Source of the DNA: Octopus bimaculoides
Taxonomy: Eukaryota
Length of the DNA stretch: 64,000 nt
NCBI RefSeq assembly: GCF_001194135.2
Contig: NC_069002.1
Location: 25,673,428-25,737,427, forward strand
Direction: 5' to 3'
The notes beneath the pieces were generated by a model that ran no database searches, was not told the DNA's origin, and saw only the letters and a program-made list of their open reading frames with translations. The position numbers and the translations under genes are program-made. Positions 25,406-38,115 of this stretch are shown piece by piece (position 1 is the first letter of the stretch; each line of letters starts with the position of its first letter).

Positions 25406-25735
25406 GAGTGAGAGAGCATTGCATGCCATCAAAGTGACACTGGGGTACAAATATACGAATCCCAGTCCACCCATCATGACTACCCGTCTGATAAGGGTAC
25501 ACCAGGCACATGCATCACAGTCATATGTGCGTGACATGGTGATCTCATATCAAGATAAACAGTGCATGACCTTGCAGGTGGGTCCCAATTAGAATTTTCT
25601 TCAGGTCGAGTAGCCCATCCCGCTCAAAAGGTCCCTGAATAAGGTTTGTTTAAGGATGTTGAGCAAAACACCCATGTTTCCAAAGGTGAATTATTCAAAC
25701 CCCAACGAATTCCTCAAAACACATGGCTATGATGC
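25405..25735 (-). mobile_element. Unclassified interspersed element embedded in (TAA)n
   Basis: About 330-bp higher-GC block flanked on both sides by long TAA/TTA tracts; no ORF recognised. Confidence 0.45.
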
Positions 25736-25744
25736 TCATTATTA

Positions 25745-25808
<64 letters not shown>

Positions 25809-26427
25809 CACTATTATTATTATATATACTGGACCTCTTGCTGCTCTTCAGTCACTAGCTAAGACATACACACAATTATAATTATCAATATAAAAATATG
25901 TTTTTGTGTTATTGTTTGGGAAGATTTGAGGACAAACTGTTTACAATTGCTTTAGGACAAAATGGTAATTGAATAACGAAACTTCAAAATGTAATTCGAA
26001 ATTTTATTTTATCAAATGTAAGTAGATTTAGATAACATAGCATGAATACAGAAATGTTTATCTTTTTTAAAAAGATCTTCTTAGAATTTCTGTAGTTTAT
26101 GTTTATGCTCAAGGCAAAAAAAAAAAATGTTTCTTATAAAACACAGCAGCTCACCGTACTAGATCTACTTAGTGGTACATCTTGATGAAATAATTAGTAT
26201 AGCAGATAATGGTTGTTAAACTGAAGAATATTCTCTGTTTTGTCAATTCTAATAAAGCTAACATTAACTGAAAAGTGTTAAAAGTTTTTCAAATACTAAA
26301 ATGAAATATTTTGAATGATTAAAGAATTTAAAAGTTTTAATTAAATACTGCAAATAAATTGCAATTTGTTTTATTCCTAATTCCAGACCATCCAAAGAAT
26401 TTATAGAGTTGTTCCTAGTTTTACTAG

Positions 26428-27041
26428 TTAACTCTTTTGTTACCATATTTCTATAGAAATACACTGAGTTTCTTTTGATTAATTTTGAAAATAATGAACA
26501 ATTTAATAAAATAATTGTTTTTATAAAGCTGAAGTTTAGGACATAGATTAACAAGAAATTCTGAAGGAAGATTTTAAATTAGATCACTTTAATCCTTTTG
26601 TTACCATATTTCTATAGAAATACGTTGATTTTGTTTTAATTAATTTTGGAAATAATGAAGAATTTAATAAAAATAGTTCTATTATTATTAAGCTGAAGTT
26701 TGGAACATAAATTAGCAGTAAATTTTGAAGGAAGGTTCTAAATTAGATCACTTTGACCCCTTTGTTATCATATTTCAGTAGAAATACTTTGATTTTTAAA
26801 AAATTAATTTTGGAAATAATTAAGAATTTAATAAAATATAATCCTGCTATAATTAAGCTGAAGTTTGGAACATAAATTAGCATTAAATTTTGAAGGAAGA
26901 TTTTAAATTAGATCACTTTAACTCTTTTTAATAGAAATTTTGATAGAAAGTTTTAATTTAGATGACTTTTAAACAGGAAGTTTATTGCATAGAACCAGGG
27001 GTAGGGTGGGGTATCAGACTAGTTGGTATGAAAAGGGTTAA
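26428..27041 (+). mobile_element. piggyBac-like MITE with tandemly amplified left part
   Basis: TTAA|CTCTTTTGTTACC start, about four 163-bp body repeats (last one deleted), single right end GGTATGAAAAGGG|TTAA. Confidence 0.75.
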
Positions 27042-27639
27042 ACTGTACCCAATATAATAATTGTACTAATGATTCTCACTTAGCATACTGTAGCACACTG
27101 GTGCTCTGTGAGGGAGTGTCTTAGGGCTCAGCAGAACTGTCTAAAAACATAACTTAAAACTTTAGGAAATTCGTACTAATATTTCATTGTTTTGAAAAAT
27201 GTGTTATTATAACTTTATTATAAACAAATAGGATTAATAAAACAAAGTAAACAACGTTTTTTATGTTTTTTTTCTACCTTTCAAACTTTTAAATAGAATA
27301 TTTTCCTTTTTCAATTTTCAAGTGTAGGGTAGCAGTCAAAACCATAATGATATCTGTTTAGCAGCTGATGATGGGAATACATATATCTTATGCTTGATTG
27401 TGAATCTTTTAATGTCTTAATCTCATTATTCTGAGTTGTCCTTCATTCAAGTAAAGTGGAAAGTTTTTGTGGATTCATGATTTGTGGAGATTACGTGCAT
27501 TAACATTGGTTGTTTTTTGTTTTTAGAGAATCTTATTAAAACCTGGATAATGCTTAGATATTGTTGTCTACTTTTGGAGAGCTTCTGTGACATAATTGGT
27601 CTCTATATACAAGTACTACATATACACCCAACTATTTTA

Positions 27640-27940
27640 TACACAACTATAGTATACACACCTAACAGTCTGTTCCTACTTTCCAGTTTGTTAATTAAAT
27701 AGTGTCCATTATTCTATAAACACTCAGCTGTCTGTTGGGTGGTTGTTTAAGAACCTAGCATTTTATACACACCTAGCTGTCCTTTCCTGTGACTCTGTCT
27801 TATAGATAGCCTGTACCCAGTATTTTTTAAACACCCAGCAGCCTGTTTTTGTCAGTTGTTTATACACTACCAAGTCTAATAGCTAGACTGTACCTAGCGA
27901 TATATACATACCCAGCTGTCAGTTCCTACTGCCCAGCTAA
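27640..27940. repeat. Degenerate minisatellite (TATACACACCCAGCTGTC-like core)
   Basis: Core recurs about six times at irregular spacing. Confidence 0.5.
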
Positions 27941-29569
27941 ATAAGTATGTATCATAATACAAGACATGTAGCGAGACACAAGAAATATTTTGAAGAGGAC
28001 ACAAAGTTAATTGGAGATTTTTTGTGGCAAATGTGTCTGGGTCATGGAATGAAATACAAATATGTTACAAAAACTTCCTTTATCAACCCCAGAAGAAACA
28101 AGAATAAAATTGATTTAGTTCAAAGAGAACTCAGATTTAGAGGAATGGAAGCAAATACAATATACCATTGGTTCTAATATTTTGTCATTTCATCATTCTG
28201 TCAACTCAGCACCGTTCTAAAAGTTGGTTAATGTTGGCATAATGTAAAATATTCTCTTTTATTTATTTCAGAATAGCTTATTAACCTCACACATAACCCA
28301 CAAATAATATATTCCCTGTTTTAAATCTGGACAAAATAACCTTTGCATGAGAGGGTCAGCTAAGTTTTGTTATTAACACTGCCGAGACAAAGAATTTCAG
28401 CACCTTTGATCTCTGATTGGTGAGAGATGAAGATTCCTTGTTAGAAATATGTTGTTAAATTGTAAATCTGCTGCATTTTCTCCTCTTTTACTGACCATTC
28501 CTAATGCTAACAGACTTATCCATAATTGCCTTAACTATCTTCAAATCACAAGATTTATAGATAACAATGGCACTGAACTTTTGATTATTGGATTAATTTC
28601 GATAATAACAATGGCAACAACAACAGCAACAGTAACAACCACAACAACAATAACTGTATCAGACAGAATGACACAATTCTTCTTTGTTATATTTTGGTAA
28701 TGGTTGAAGTAGAATGTGTATTTAAAGTGATCAGGGATAATTATTGAAACACCAGCATGGCATTTTTCTCCTTCTCACTCATTAATCTGATTAGTCTGAG
28801 TGATATCTCAAACTTAGATTTTTCTGTTTTCTTTGAATTATTTCATTTACAATAACCAGCTTATTATTTAGCCCTATGTTGGCTCTGATAGTGCACACAT
28901 GTGTGAGGTGGAGGCACATGGCTTGGTGGTTAGAGTGTTGGACTCATGTTCGTAAGATTGTGGTTTTGATTCCGGGACCAGGTGACACATTGTGTTCTTG
29001 AGCAAAACACTCCATTTCACTTTGTTCCAATCCACTCAGCTGGCAAAAGCGAGTAATCCTGTGAGGGACTGGCGTCCCATCCAGGTGGGAGATTTATATG
29101 CCACGGAAACTGGGGTAACTGGCCCTTAAGAGTCAGCGTGACTCGAGAAGGTAATTCTACCTTTACTTTTACTTTACACATGTGTGACAGCACGTATTAC
29201 ATGTACAGTCTATGTGGCAGGCTTCAGAACAGTCTCCATCTACCCAGTTTCTCTCACAAGGCTTGAGCTGACTTTGAGGTTATGGTAAATGACCCTTGCC
29301 CAAGATGTCACTCATGGGAAATCTGTCACAACAAATTCTGCCTGACCCTTGCAAATCATGGAAAATTGGACATTCAGACGATTCTGATGATGATCTTTAT
29401 TCATGCTCGGATCTATTATTTTGACCTTTGAATGTGACCATTAATCTCATCCCTGATAGCCATTAGTGAATCTCCAAAATGCTTTCTAAAACTGGACATT
29501 AATGATTCAACCTTGTGGCCACCAGATCTAAATAAACAGCTTACGGGAAATCTAGGATTTGGAAACATA

Positions 29570-29880
29570 GGCACAGGTATGGCTGTGTGGTAAGAAGTTT
29601 GCTTCCACACCACATGGTTCCAGGTTCAGACCCATTGCATGACACCTTGGGTAAATGTCTTCTATTACAACCCTCGACTTGTCTGTGTCTTTGTGTCTGT
29701 GTTTGTCACCCACCACCACTTGAGAACAAGTGTTGGTGTGTTTACATCCTCATGACTTAGCAGTTCAACAGAAGAGTCCATTAAAATAAGTAGCAAACTT
29801 CAGGGGTTAATTTGTTCGACGAAAATTCTTCAAGGTGGTGCCCTAGCATGGCCACAATCTAATTACTGAAAAATATAAAA
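29570..29880 (+). mobile_element. SINE family A copy
   Basis: GGCACAGGTATGGCTGTGTGGTAAGAAGTTTGC... consensus. Confidence 0.8.
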
Positions 29881-30265
29881 TCTGTTACTGAGTGAAACAC
29901 CACTAGCTGGGTGTTTAATTGAGTAAACCCTATTACAAACATCAAAGGTAGGTTTCTGACATGAGGGTACCGTCATCCCTTCCATTAGTCTCAGAGGTTT
30001 TGTAAGGGATCAAAGAACATTACTTTCTTCATGACAGAAACAAAAAGGAAAAATTGTCCAAGATCAGATATCAAAAGAAAAGTTCCAAAGAATCATGAAT
30101 AACAAGATTAACTTTCCAAAGTTCACAGAATTATAGAAATTCTTTTCTCAGATTTTCTTCCAAATCTTCGGGATATATAGCAAACAGGAAGGGACGACAA
30201 CTTTACACTTTCTTTCACACATACATAATACATACGTACATTTATATGAGTGTGTGTGTGTATGG

Positions 30266-30315
<50 letters not shown>

Positions 30316-30468
30316 ATGTATACACACACATACTAATACATACATACATATATATATATGCATATATATATATATATATATATATACAAACATATATATA
30401 TTTATACATACACATATATTTATATATATATATTAATATACATATGTAAATTTATATATATATGTATG

Positions 30469-30507
<39 letters not shown>

Positions 30508-30637
30508 NNNNNNNNNNNNNNNNNNNNNNNNNNNNNNNNNNNNNNNNNNNNNNNNNNNNNNNNNNNNNNNNNNNNNNNNNNNNNNNNNNNNNNNNNNNNN
30601 NNNNNNNNNNNNNNNNNNNNNNNNNNNNNATATGTAA

Positions 30638-30672
<35 letters not shown>

Positions 30673-30994
30673 CACACACATGCATGCATATATATATATT
30701 CATATATGTATTTGTGTGTGTGTGTGTTAGTGTGTGTTTGTGTGTGTTTGTGTGTGTGTGTTCTTTAACAGATGAAGAAATCAAAACGTATCAGTAATTT
30801 TTCGATAAGCTGCCAGGCATTTCTGTCAAGAACACAAATCCCATTATACATAACATCAAGATGAATTTCGATTTTTAAATTTTTCAGAAAGAATTTGATT
30901 TCGACAAAAGTATCAATAATATTAAAACCAGACAAATCAATAAAAGAAACAGACAAATGATTCTTCAATAATTTCAATCGCATTGCCATTTTGT

Positions 30995-31610
30995 CTTTTA
31001 CTGATAGCTAGCACTCTAAACAAAATCTTTACTTATAACTGATTTTGTACTTTAGTCATGTTTAAATTCTAGTCAGCAGACAATTATCACTGCGAACAAG
31101 ATCTGTACTCATTTTGTACTCTAGTCATATCTAAATCTTTCCCAGCAGATAGCTATCCCTGTAACCAAGATCTGTACTCATTTAGTACTTTAATCATGTT
31201 TAAATTCTCTCCAGCAGATAGCTATCCCTGTAACCAAGATCTGTACTCATTTGGTGCTCTAGTTATGTCTGTACTGCAGACATAATAAACTCTTCAGTTT
31301 TCAGATTTCTCTCTCAAATCTAACACTTATTTATTCCCATTGTTTTGTAGCTTTGAGATTTTGATGGTGAACTGTTACTATTAGAATGACCTTAATCAGC
31401 AAGCACTTATCACTATAAACAAGATGCGTACTCTTTCTGTACTTTAGCCATATTTAAATCCTTGTCAGTATATAGCTATGACTATAAGCAAGATCTGTAC
31501 TCTTTCTGTACTCTAGCCATGTTTAAATCCTTGTCAGCAGATAGCTATCACTATAAACAAGATGCGTACTCTTTCTGTACTCTAGCCATGTTTAAATCCT
31601 TGTCAGCAGA
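30995..31610. repeat. 69-bp minisatellite B in two blocks (about 30995-31270 and 31400-31610)
   Basis: Unit AGCTATCACTATAAACAAGATGCGTACTCTTTCTGTACTCTAGCCATGTTTAAATCCTTGTCAGCAGAT. Confidence 0.85.
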
Positions 31611-32689
31611 TTTCTCAATTAACTTTTTTATCATTTTGTTTCTTAAACCTGAAAAGAGGGGCAAGGCCCCTGGCCACTGCGAAATCTATTCAGATTAGAG
31701 AAAGAAATGTTGGCTATAATGAAGTTACTCAGAGTTTGAAGTTAGAAAGAGAAATCCATTCTACTTAGAACCGTGAACTATCCAAAATGCTTTGAATGAG
31801 AGTATTAAAGTGCTTAGTATCCATCAATGGGTTGCTTTTGTTGGCTTTTGTTTAGCTTTAGGTTAATCTGTATGAGTATACCCCTTATGGAAAGCAATTT
31901 CGTTGATGTTGTTAATGTCAGCGTCATAGGGAGCATTAGCCTTGTTGTCATTGTCAGCATCTGCATTAGTGTTATCATCAGCGACATTCTTGTTATCATC
32001 ATCATCATCATCATTGCCATCATTGTTTTTTGTTGTTGTCATTGTCTTTGTCTACATCACCACCACCATCATCAACATCACCATCATCGTTGTCATCACT
32101 GGAATCATCATTGCTATCATCGTCATCACCATCACCACCACCACCACCATCATCATCATAGTCATTATCTCGTTGTCATCATTGTCATGATGATGATGAT
32201 GACGATGATGATGATGATTTAATGTCCACTTTTCCAGTCTTGTGTGGGTCTGACTAAATTTCTTGTGGTAGAGCTTTTACGACTGGATGCTCTTCCGGTT
32301 GCTAACCTTCACCTGTTTCCAAGCAAGATAACATTTCCCCAGTTGCTGAACAATTACTTGTTTTTATGGACAATTACAAATTATTGAAAGCATTTTTATA
32401 TGAACTGGGGAATCTATTTACAATCACTTCATGATGTCCAAAAAAAAAAAAAATAAATAAAAACAGACACGCACATACACATTGGGCTTCCTTCAGTTTC
32501 CATTTACTAAATCCATTCATTAGGTTTAATTGGCTTACGGCTAGAGCAGAAGACATTTGTTGCCCAAATTTTCCAGGCAATTACAAACCCAACTCTGTTG
32601 AGGTGCTTTTGTTCCATCAACACAGAATTGGTGGAGCGTTTCATTGTTGCCGTTGTCTTCACAGCTGAGGAATGCACCACAAGGAATAT

Positions 32690-32938
32690 TTCATTATGTA
32701 TGTGTGTGTATATGTTTGTGTGCCTGTGTTTGTCCCCCACCCCACCCCAACATCGCTTGACAATCAATGCTGGTGTGTTTATGTTCCCACAACTTAGCGG
32801 TTCGGCAAAAGAGACTGATAGAATAAGTACTAGGTTTACAAAGAATAAGCTCTGGGGCCGATTTGCTTGAATAAAGGTGTTGCTCCAGCATGGGTGCAGT
32901 CAAATGCCTGAAACAAGTAAAAGAGTAAAAAAAAGAGT
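32690..32938 (+). mobile_element. SINE family A 3' half (a further fragment at about 32460-32590)
   Basis: CATCGCTTGACAATC...GAATAAGTACTAGG...GAAACAAGTAAAAGAG. Confidence 0.8.
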
Positions 32939-33304
32939 ATATATATATATATATATATATATATATNNNNNNNNNNNNNNNNNNNNNNNNNNNNNNNNNN
33001 NNNNNNNNNNNNNNNNNNNNNNNNNNNNNNNNNNNNNNNNNNNNNNNNNNNNNNNNNNNNNNNNNNNNNNNNNNNNNNNNNNNNNNNNNNNNNNNNNNNN
33101 NNNNNNNNNNNNNNNNNNNNNNNNNNNNNNNNNNNNNNNNNNNNNNNNNNNNNNNNNNNNNNNNNNNNNNNNNNNNNNNNNNNNNNNNNNNNNNNNNNNN
33201 NNNNNNNNNNNNNNNNNNNNNNNNNNNNNNNNNNNNNNNNNNNNNNNNNNNNNNNNNNNNNNNNNNNNNNNNNNNNNNNNNNNNNNNNNNNNNNNNNNNN
33301 NNNN

Positions 33305-33360
<56 letters not shown>

Positions 33361-33674
33361 CATACATGCATGCATGCATATATGCATATATATACAAGTG
33401 TACTTGATAAAAAGAAATTTAAACATTGAAACATCAGCAAAACTCTAGAGTTTGAACAAGAATAAAAATACTTATTTATGTTAAAATCAAATTATTTATT
33501 GTATTGCGATGAAAAAAAAAAGAATGTATCTGTAGTTTAGCTTTTATCCATAACCAATATTTCTGTTTATTAAAAACCAATATCATTTATGTTTATGTTT
33601 ATTAATAATCAATAGTTAGTAATCAATGCAGATACAATGATTGTCTTTTTATACTAAAAAGATAAAAAGAATTT

Positions 33675-33900
33675 TAGTAAGGTGGTGATCTGTCAGAACT
33701 GTTAACATGCTGGGCAAAATGGCCAGCAGCATTTTGTCTGTCTTTACATTCTGTGTTCAAATTCCACTGAGGTTGATTTTGTTTTTCATCCTCCAGGGGT
33801 CAGTAAAATAAGTACCAGGTGAGTACTGGAGTTGATGTAGTCGATGTACTCCCTCCCCCGATATTGCTGGTCTTGTGCCAACGTTTGAAACCAATGTTAT
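33675..33900 (+). mobile_element. SINE family B copy (CpG-decayed)
   Basis: Family B consensus. Confidence 0.75.
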
Positions 33901-34528
33901 TTTTAAAATGTGGCTTTTAATACATATTTTGGTAATTCTGTTCAGCAAACTACTTGAGAAAGTCAGACTCCAATATCTCTTATTTCTTTGTGAACAGTGG
34001 CAAATAATGGTTACGTGTTCTTTGGAACTTCTTAAATTCCTTTTTGACATAAAGAATATCTGCCATAAGTTGCCCACAGATCCAGATCTGGAGATTGCTT
34101 CACTGAAACCAAAACCCATATTTAAATAGACAGGATGGTCAGAGCTGCTGTTTCTAGCAGGTAGGATGGTGATGTGTGCAAGATTCCTCTTTGTGTTATT
34201 ATTATTGCTGTTGTTGTTTATTTTCTTATTTATAAATGATATAAGAAATGAAACGTTGGCAAAAGACCAGGCAGAGTGTATACAATTTATGACCGAAAAT
34301 TAGCTATCTTTAAATTTGGTCGGACTTGTCAACACAGAGCAGTGAATTGGGGGGATTGTGAAGAGATCCTCTGCTGTATCTCTTCTGGTTCTTTGCATTA
34401 TGGTGACAACAACTGCATAAAAAGCAAAAACAGAAAAAAAGAAGATATCAAGAAACAAAAAGGCAGAAGCAAGGAAAGAAAATTCTAGAGCAACATCAAC
34501 TGAGACATAAAGTGAAGAATAAGTGACC

Positions 34529-35240
34529 AGCAAACCAACGTGCAAGTGAGTCATCTTAGGCTATGCAGTTAAGTGAGTCAACTTAGGCTACATAGATGTG
34601 AGGTACTAACAGGAATCAGTGGTTAGCAAGACAACGTGCAACTGAGTCATCTTAGGCTATGCAGATATGATGTGTTAACTGGATTCAGTGGTTAGCAAGC
34701 CAACGTGCAAGTCAGTCATCTTAGGCTATGCAGATATGATGTGCTGACAGGAATCAGTGGTTAGAAAGCCAACGTGCAAGTGAGTCATCTTAGTCTATGA
34801 AGATGTGATGTGCTGACAGGAATCAGTGGTTAGCAAGCCAACGTGCAGGTGAGTCATCTTAGGCTATGCAGATATGATGTGTTAACTGGAATCAGTGGTT
34901 AGCAAGACAACGTGCAGGTGAGTCATCTTAGGCTATGCAGATATGATGTGTTAACTGGAATCAGTGGTTAGCAAGCCAACGTGCAGATGAATCATCTTAG
35001 GTGATGCAGTTATGATGTGCTAAGAGGAGTCAGTGGTTAGCAAGTTAAGTGCAAGTGAGTCATCTTAGGCTATGCAGATGTAACATATTAATAGGAATCA
35101 GCAATATGCAAACCAATGTGCTAGGGAATCATCTGAGCTCCAGTAAATGTGACATTTCAACAGGAATCAGCTACTAATGAGCCAACATGCATATTAATTA
35201 TTTGAGCTGTAGCAGATGTGATGTGTCATCAGGAATGAAT
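34529..35240. repeat. 69-bp minisatellite A, about 10 units, decaying to the right
   Basis: Unit AGCAAGCCAACGTGCAAGTGAGTCATCTTAGGCTATGCAGATATGATGTGTTAACTGGAATCAGTGGTT. Confidence 0.9.
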
Positions 35241-36029
35241 GTGATCCATGCTGACACACAAAAATTGTGTTCTGTACAGCTGGTGTCATGTGGAATTGCA
35301 ATTAAACTAAATGAAAATAGTCACCAACTGTTTGGGACATATGAATGCTATTTACAATAACTGCAATCTACAAATATGGTTTGAAAGCAGTTAAAAGGTC
35401 CTCTACAGAATCCAGTATCTATTATACTGAATAGAAAAGAAAAATTGGCCTCAACAGAGAATCCACAAGAGCAATTGATGGACGTATTCACAAGCAATCA
35501 TAGTGTTGGCTGAAAATTCCTGAAACACGTGTGTATAACTGTGCAGTAATATTCACATCATCTGCAGTAATGATAAAAATCTAATTACTACTGATAGGAT
35601 AAATGCACACAGTATCCATAGAAGAGTTACTCAGAATTACAAAGGGTTGTTTGCCAGATCTGACCGCAGATCCATCTTCTACGCAGTTGTACATTTGTCA
35701 TTCTAAAGTACAGCAGAACATTATTCATGCAGTCCAGGAGTGTTGTCATAAAGGAAATGGAGCAAGTGGAAAGCTGTTGAGACGACAGTGATCGCCCTGG
35801 AAATGCAAAAGATATGTACAGAACATAAGGGATGTATGGGGGATAAACACAAGGGATATACGGGAACAAATACTTGAAAAACCTAAAGAGAATATCAAGG
35901 ACAAGCAAAATATGATCAACGAAAGTCAAATTGAAGTAGTAGACTTAAGAAGCCAATTCCCACGAGTGGGTTTAAAGGAAAATATTGAACATGGCAGCTA
36001 AGATGTTGTTAAATGTAATATGATTATAT

Positions 36030-36215
36030 GCATAGGGTTGTGTGGTTAGAGGTACAATCACGTAGAGCAGCCCCTACTGACCATCAGCGCCTGACCTACG
36101 GTGAAGCCTTCCGAGCATGCATCAGAGTGACTGGCTACAGCCAGACACACAGTGCCCTATCCTTTCTCCATTGTGAGGTCCTTGGCAATCGTCAACAACG
36201 ATGGACAAACTGATA
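36030..36215 (+). mobile_element. RTE/BovB-like LINE extreme 3' end
   Basis: TYGEAFRACIRVTGYSQTH, a degenerate C-terminal CxxC...H motif; tail resembles 46640-46680. Confidence 0.6.
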
Positions 36216-36220
36216 ATAAC

Positions 36221-36301
<81 letters not shown>

Positions 36302-36319
36302 TATTATTATTATTATTAT

Positions 36320-36529
36320 TATTTCAAATTTTTGCCACAAGGGCAGCTTGGAGGAGGGGATTAAGTCGATTACATCAACCCCAGTGCGTAACTGGTACTT
36401 ATTTAATCGACCCCGAAAGGATGAAAGGCAAAGTCGACCTCGGCAGAATCTGAACTCAGAGTGTAACGGCAGACGAAACACCGCTAAGCATTTTGTCCAT
36501 CGTTCTAACGATTCTGTCAGTTCACGACC

Positions 36530-36530
<1 letters not shown>
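36320..36530 (-). mobile_element. SINE family B copy in (TAA)n
   Basis: Family B consensus, reverse strand. Confidence 0.85.
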
Positions 36531-36577
<47 letters not shown>

Positions 36578-36581
<4 letters not shown>

Positions 36582-36728
36582 GATCATTCAGAGAGCGCAA
36601 ACCTCTGCCAAGGCAACACCAATGTCCTCTCAACGATTAGCCAGAGATGATTTTTAAAATGAGAATATCTGAAATAAACTTGACTGCTCTCACAAACGAC
36701 AATACTAAAAATGAACCCGACCACTCTC
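36578..36728 (-). mobile_element. Repeat end resembling non-autonomous Helentron/HINE-type termini
   Basis: Minus strand ends GCCTTGGCAGAGGTTTGCGCTCTCTGAATG then TTA repeats; family assignment from memory only. Confidence 0.3.
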
Positions 36729-36869
36729 NNNNNNNNNNNNNNNNNNNNNNNNNNNNNNNNNNNNNNNNNNNNNNNNNNNNNNNNNNNNNNNNNNNNNNNN
36801 NNNNNNNNNNNNNNNNNNNNNNNNNNNNNNNNNNNNNNNNNNNNNNNNNNNNNNNNNNNNNNNNNNNNN

Positions 36870-36945
<76 letters not shown>

Positions 36946-37410
36946 TCGTACCTCATAGGATTGTATGTAGTTAGAAGTAACATCCTGTCGCTCATAAAAT
37001 CACATATAAAAGAGTAGAGGACATATAAGAGAACCCTGGTTTACGCTGGAGTTGTCAGAGTAAGTTTCCTCCGTTAAGGCTACAATGGGGTTGACTGAGG
37101 AGAAATTTCGAATGCAAGGGAAATGGATCTATGAATGTGCAGTTTAATGGGGGAACAGCTTGTGCTGGCGCTTTGACCATTGCATAGATTTTGCTTCAGT
37201 TCTCAAACTCAAGAGACCGTTTAATGTATGGACGCAGAGAAGAATGTCTGCATTTGATCTGTGTAGAAACTGTTTCGCTGATCAGTAAAGGGAGAGAGAG
37301 AGAGAGAGTGAGGGAGAGAGTAGAGAGAGAGAGAAAGAGAGGGAGGGAGATGGGGAGAGAGAGGGAGAAAAAAGAGATGGGGAAAGAGGGGAGAGAGAGA
37401 GAGAGGGACA

Positions 37411-37911
37411 TACTAGGTTGAGGAAAAAGTTCGTGCGCCGTGTTAAAATAATGATTTTTATGCAAGAATTTAGTCCAAAACAACAACTTTTCTTCAAAAT
37501 AAGGACCATAATTTTCCGCGACCTTTTCCCAACGATCTGCAAGCTTTCAGATTTGGTCAAAATACCAATCCTTCAGCTTTGAATTGAAAAATTCTTGACA
37601 GGCTTCTTCAACTTTATCGAATGACTCAAATCGGTGACCTTTCATAAAGTGCTGCACTGATCAGAAGTGACCGTAGCAACGTCTGGACTGTAGGGTGGAT
37701 GTGGCAGAACTTCCACACCGTCCAATTCTTCAATCTTGTTGCTGGTCTTTCTGGTGGTTTGTGGCTTTGCATTGTCTTGTTGAAACAAAGCGCGTTTCCA
37801 ATGAACACACTGAGTCACCATTGAACATGACATAAACTGCATGAACAAACACACCACCAAAATATATTTTTAAAAAACAAACATTATTTTAACACGGCGC
37901 ACGAACATTTT
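37411..37911 (-). mobile_element. Internally deleted mariner (Tc1/mariner) element
   Basis: TA|CTAGGTTGAGGAAAAAGTTCGTGCGCCGTGTTAAAATAATG with inverted partner at 37882-37911; minus strand FQQDNAKPQ...VEVLPHPPYSPDVA (mariner DNA and YSPD motifs). Confidence 0.9.
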
Positions 37912-37914
37912 GAA

Positions 37915-38115
37915 TTTTGGTGTGAGGATAGCAGCTTGAAGGGAGGGGACAAGTCGATTACATCAGCCCTCTCCTGCTCCAGTGTTTAACTGATACTTAT
38001 TTTATTGATCCTGATGAAAGGCTGAAAAACAAAGCTGACCTAGGTGGAATTTGAACTTAGATCGTAAAGACGGACGAAATATACTGCTAAGCATTTCGCC
38101 CAGCTTGCTACCTTA
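37915..38115 (-). mobile_element. SINE family B copy
   Basis: Family B consensus, reverse strand. Confidence 0.75.

Noticed and set aside
34380-34530. Lysine-rich peptide or signal-peptide-like frames before minisatellite A
   Set aside because: Short frames between stops in A-rich DNA with no splice support.
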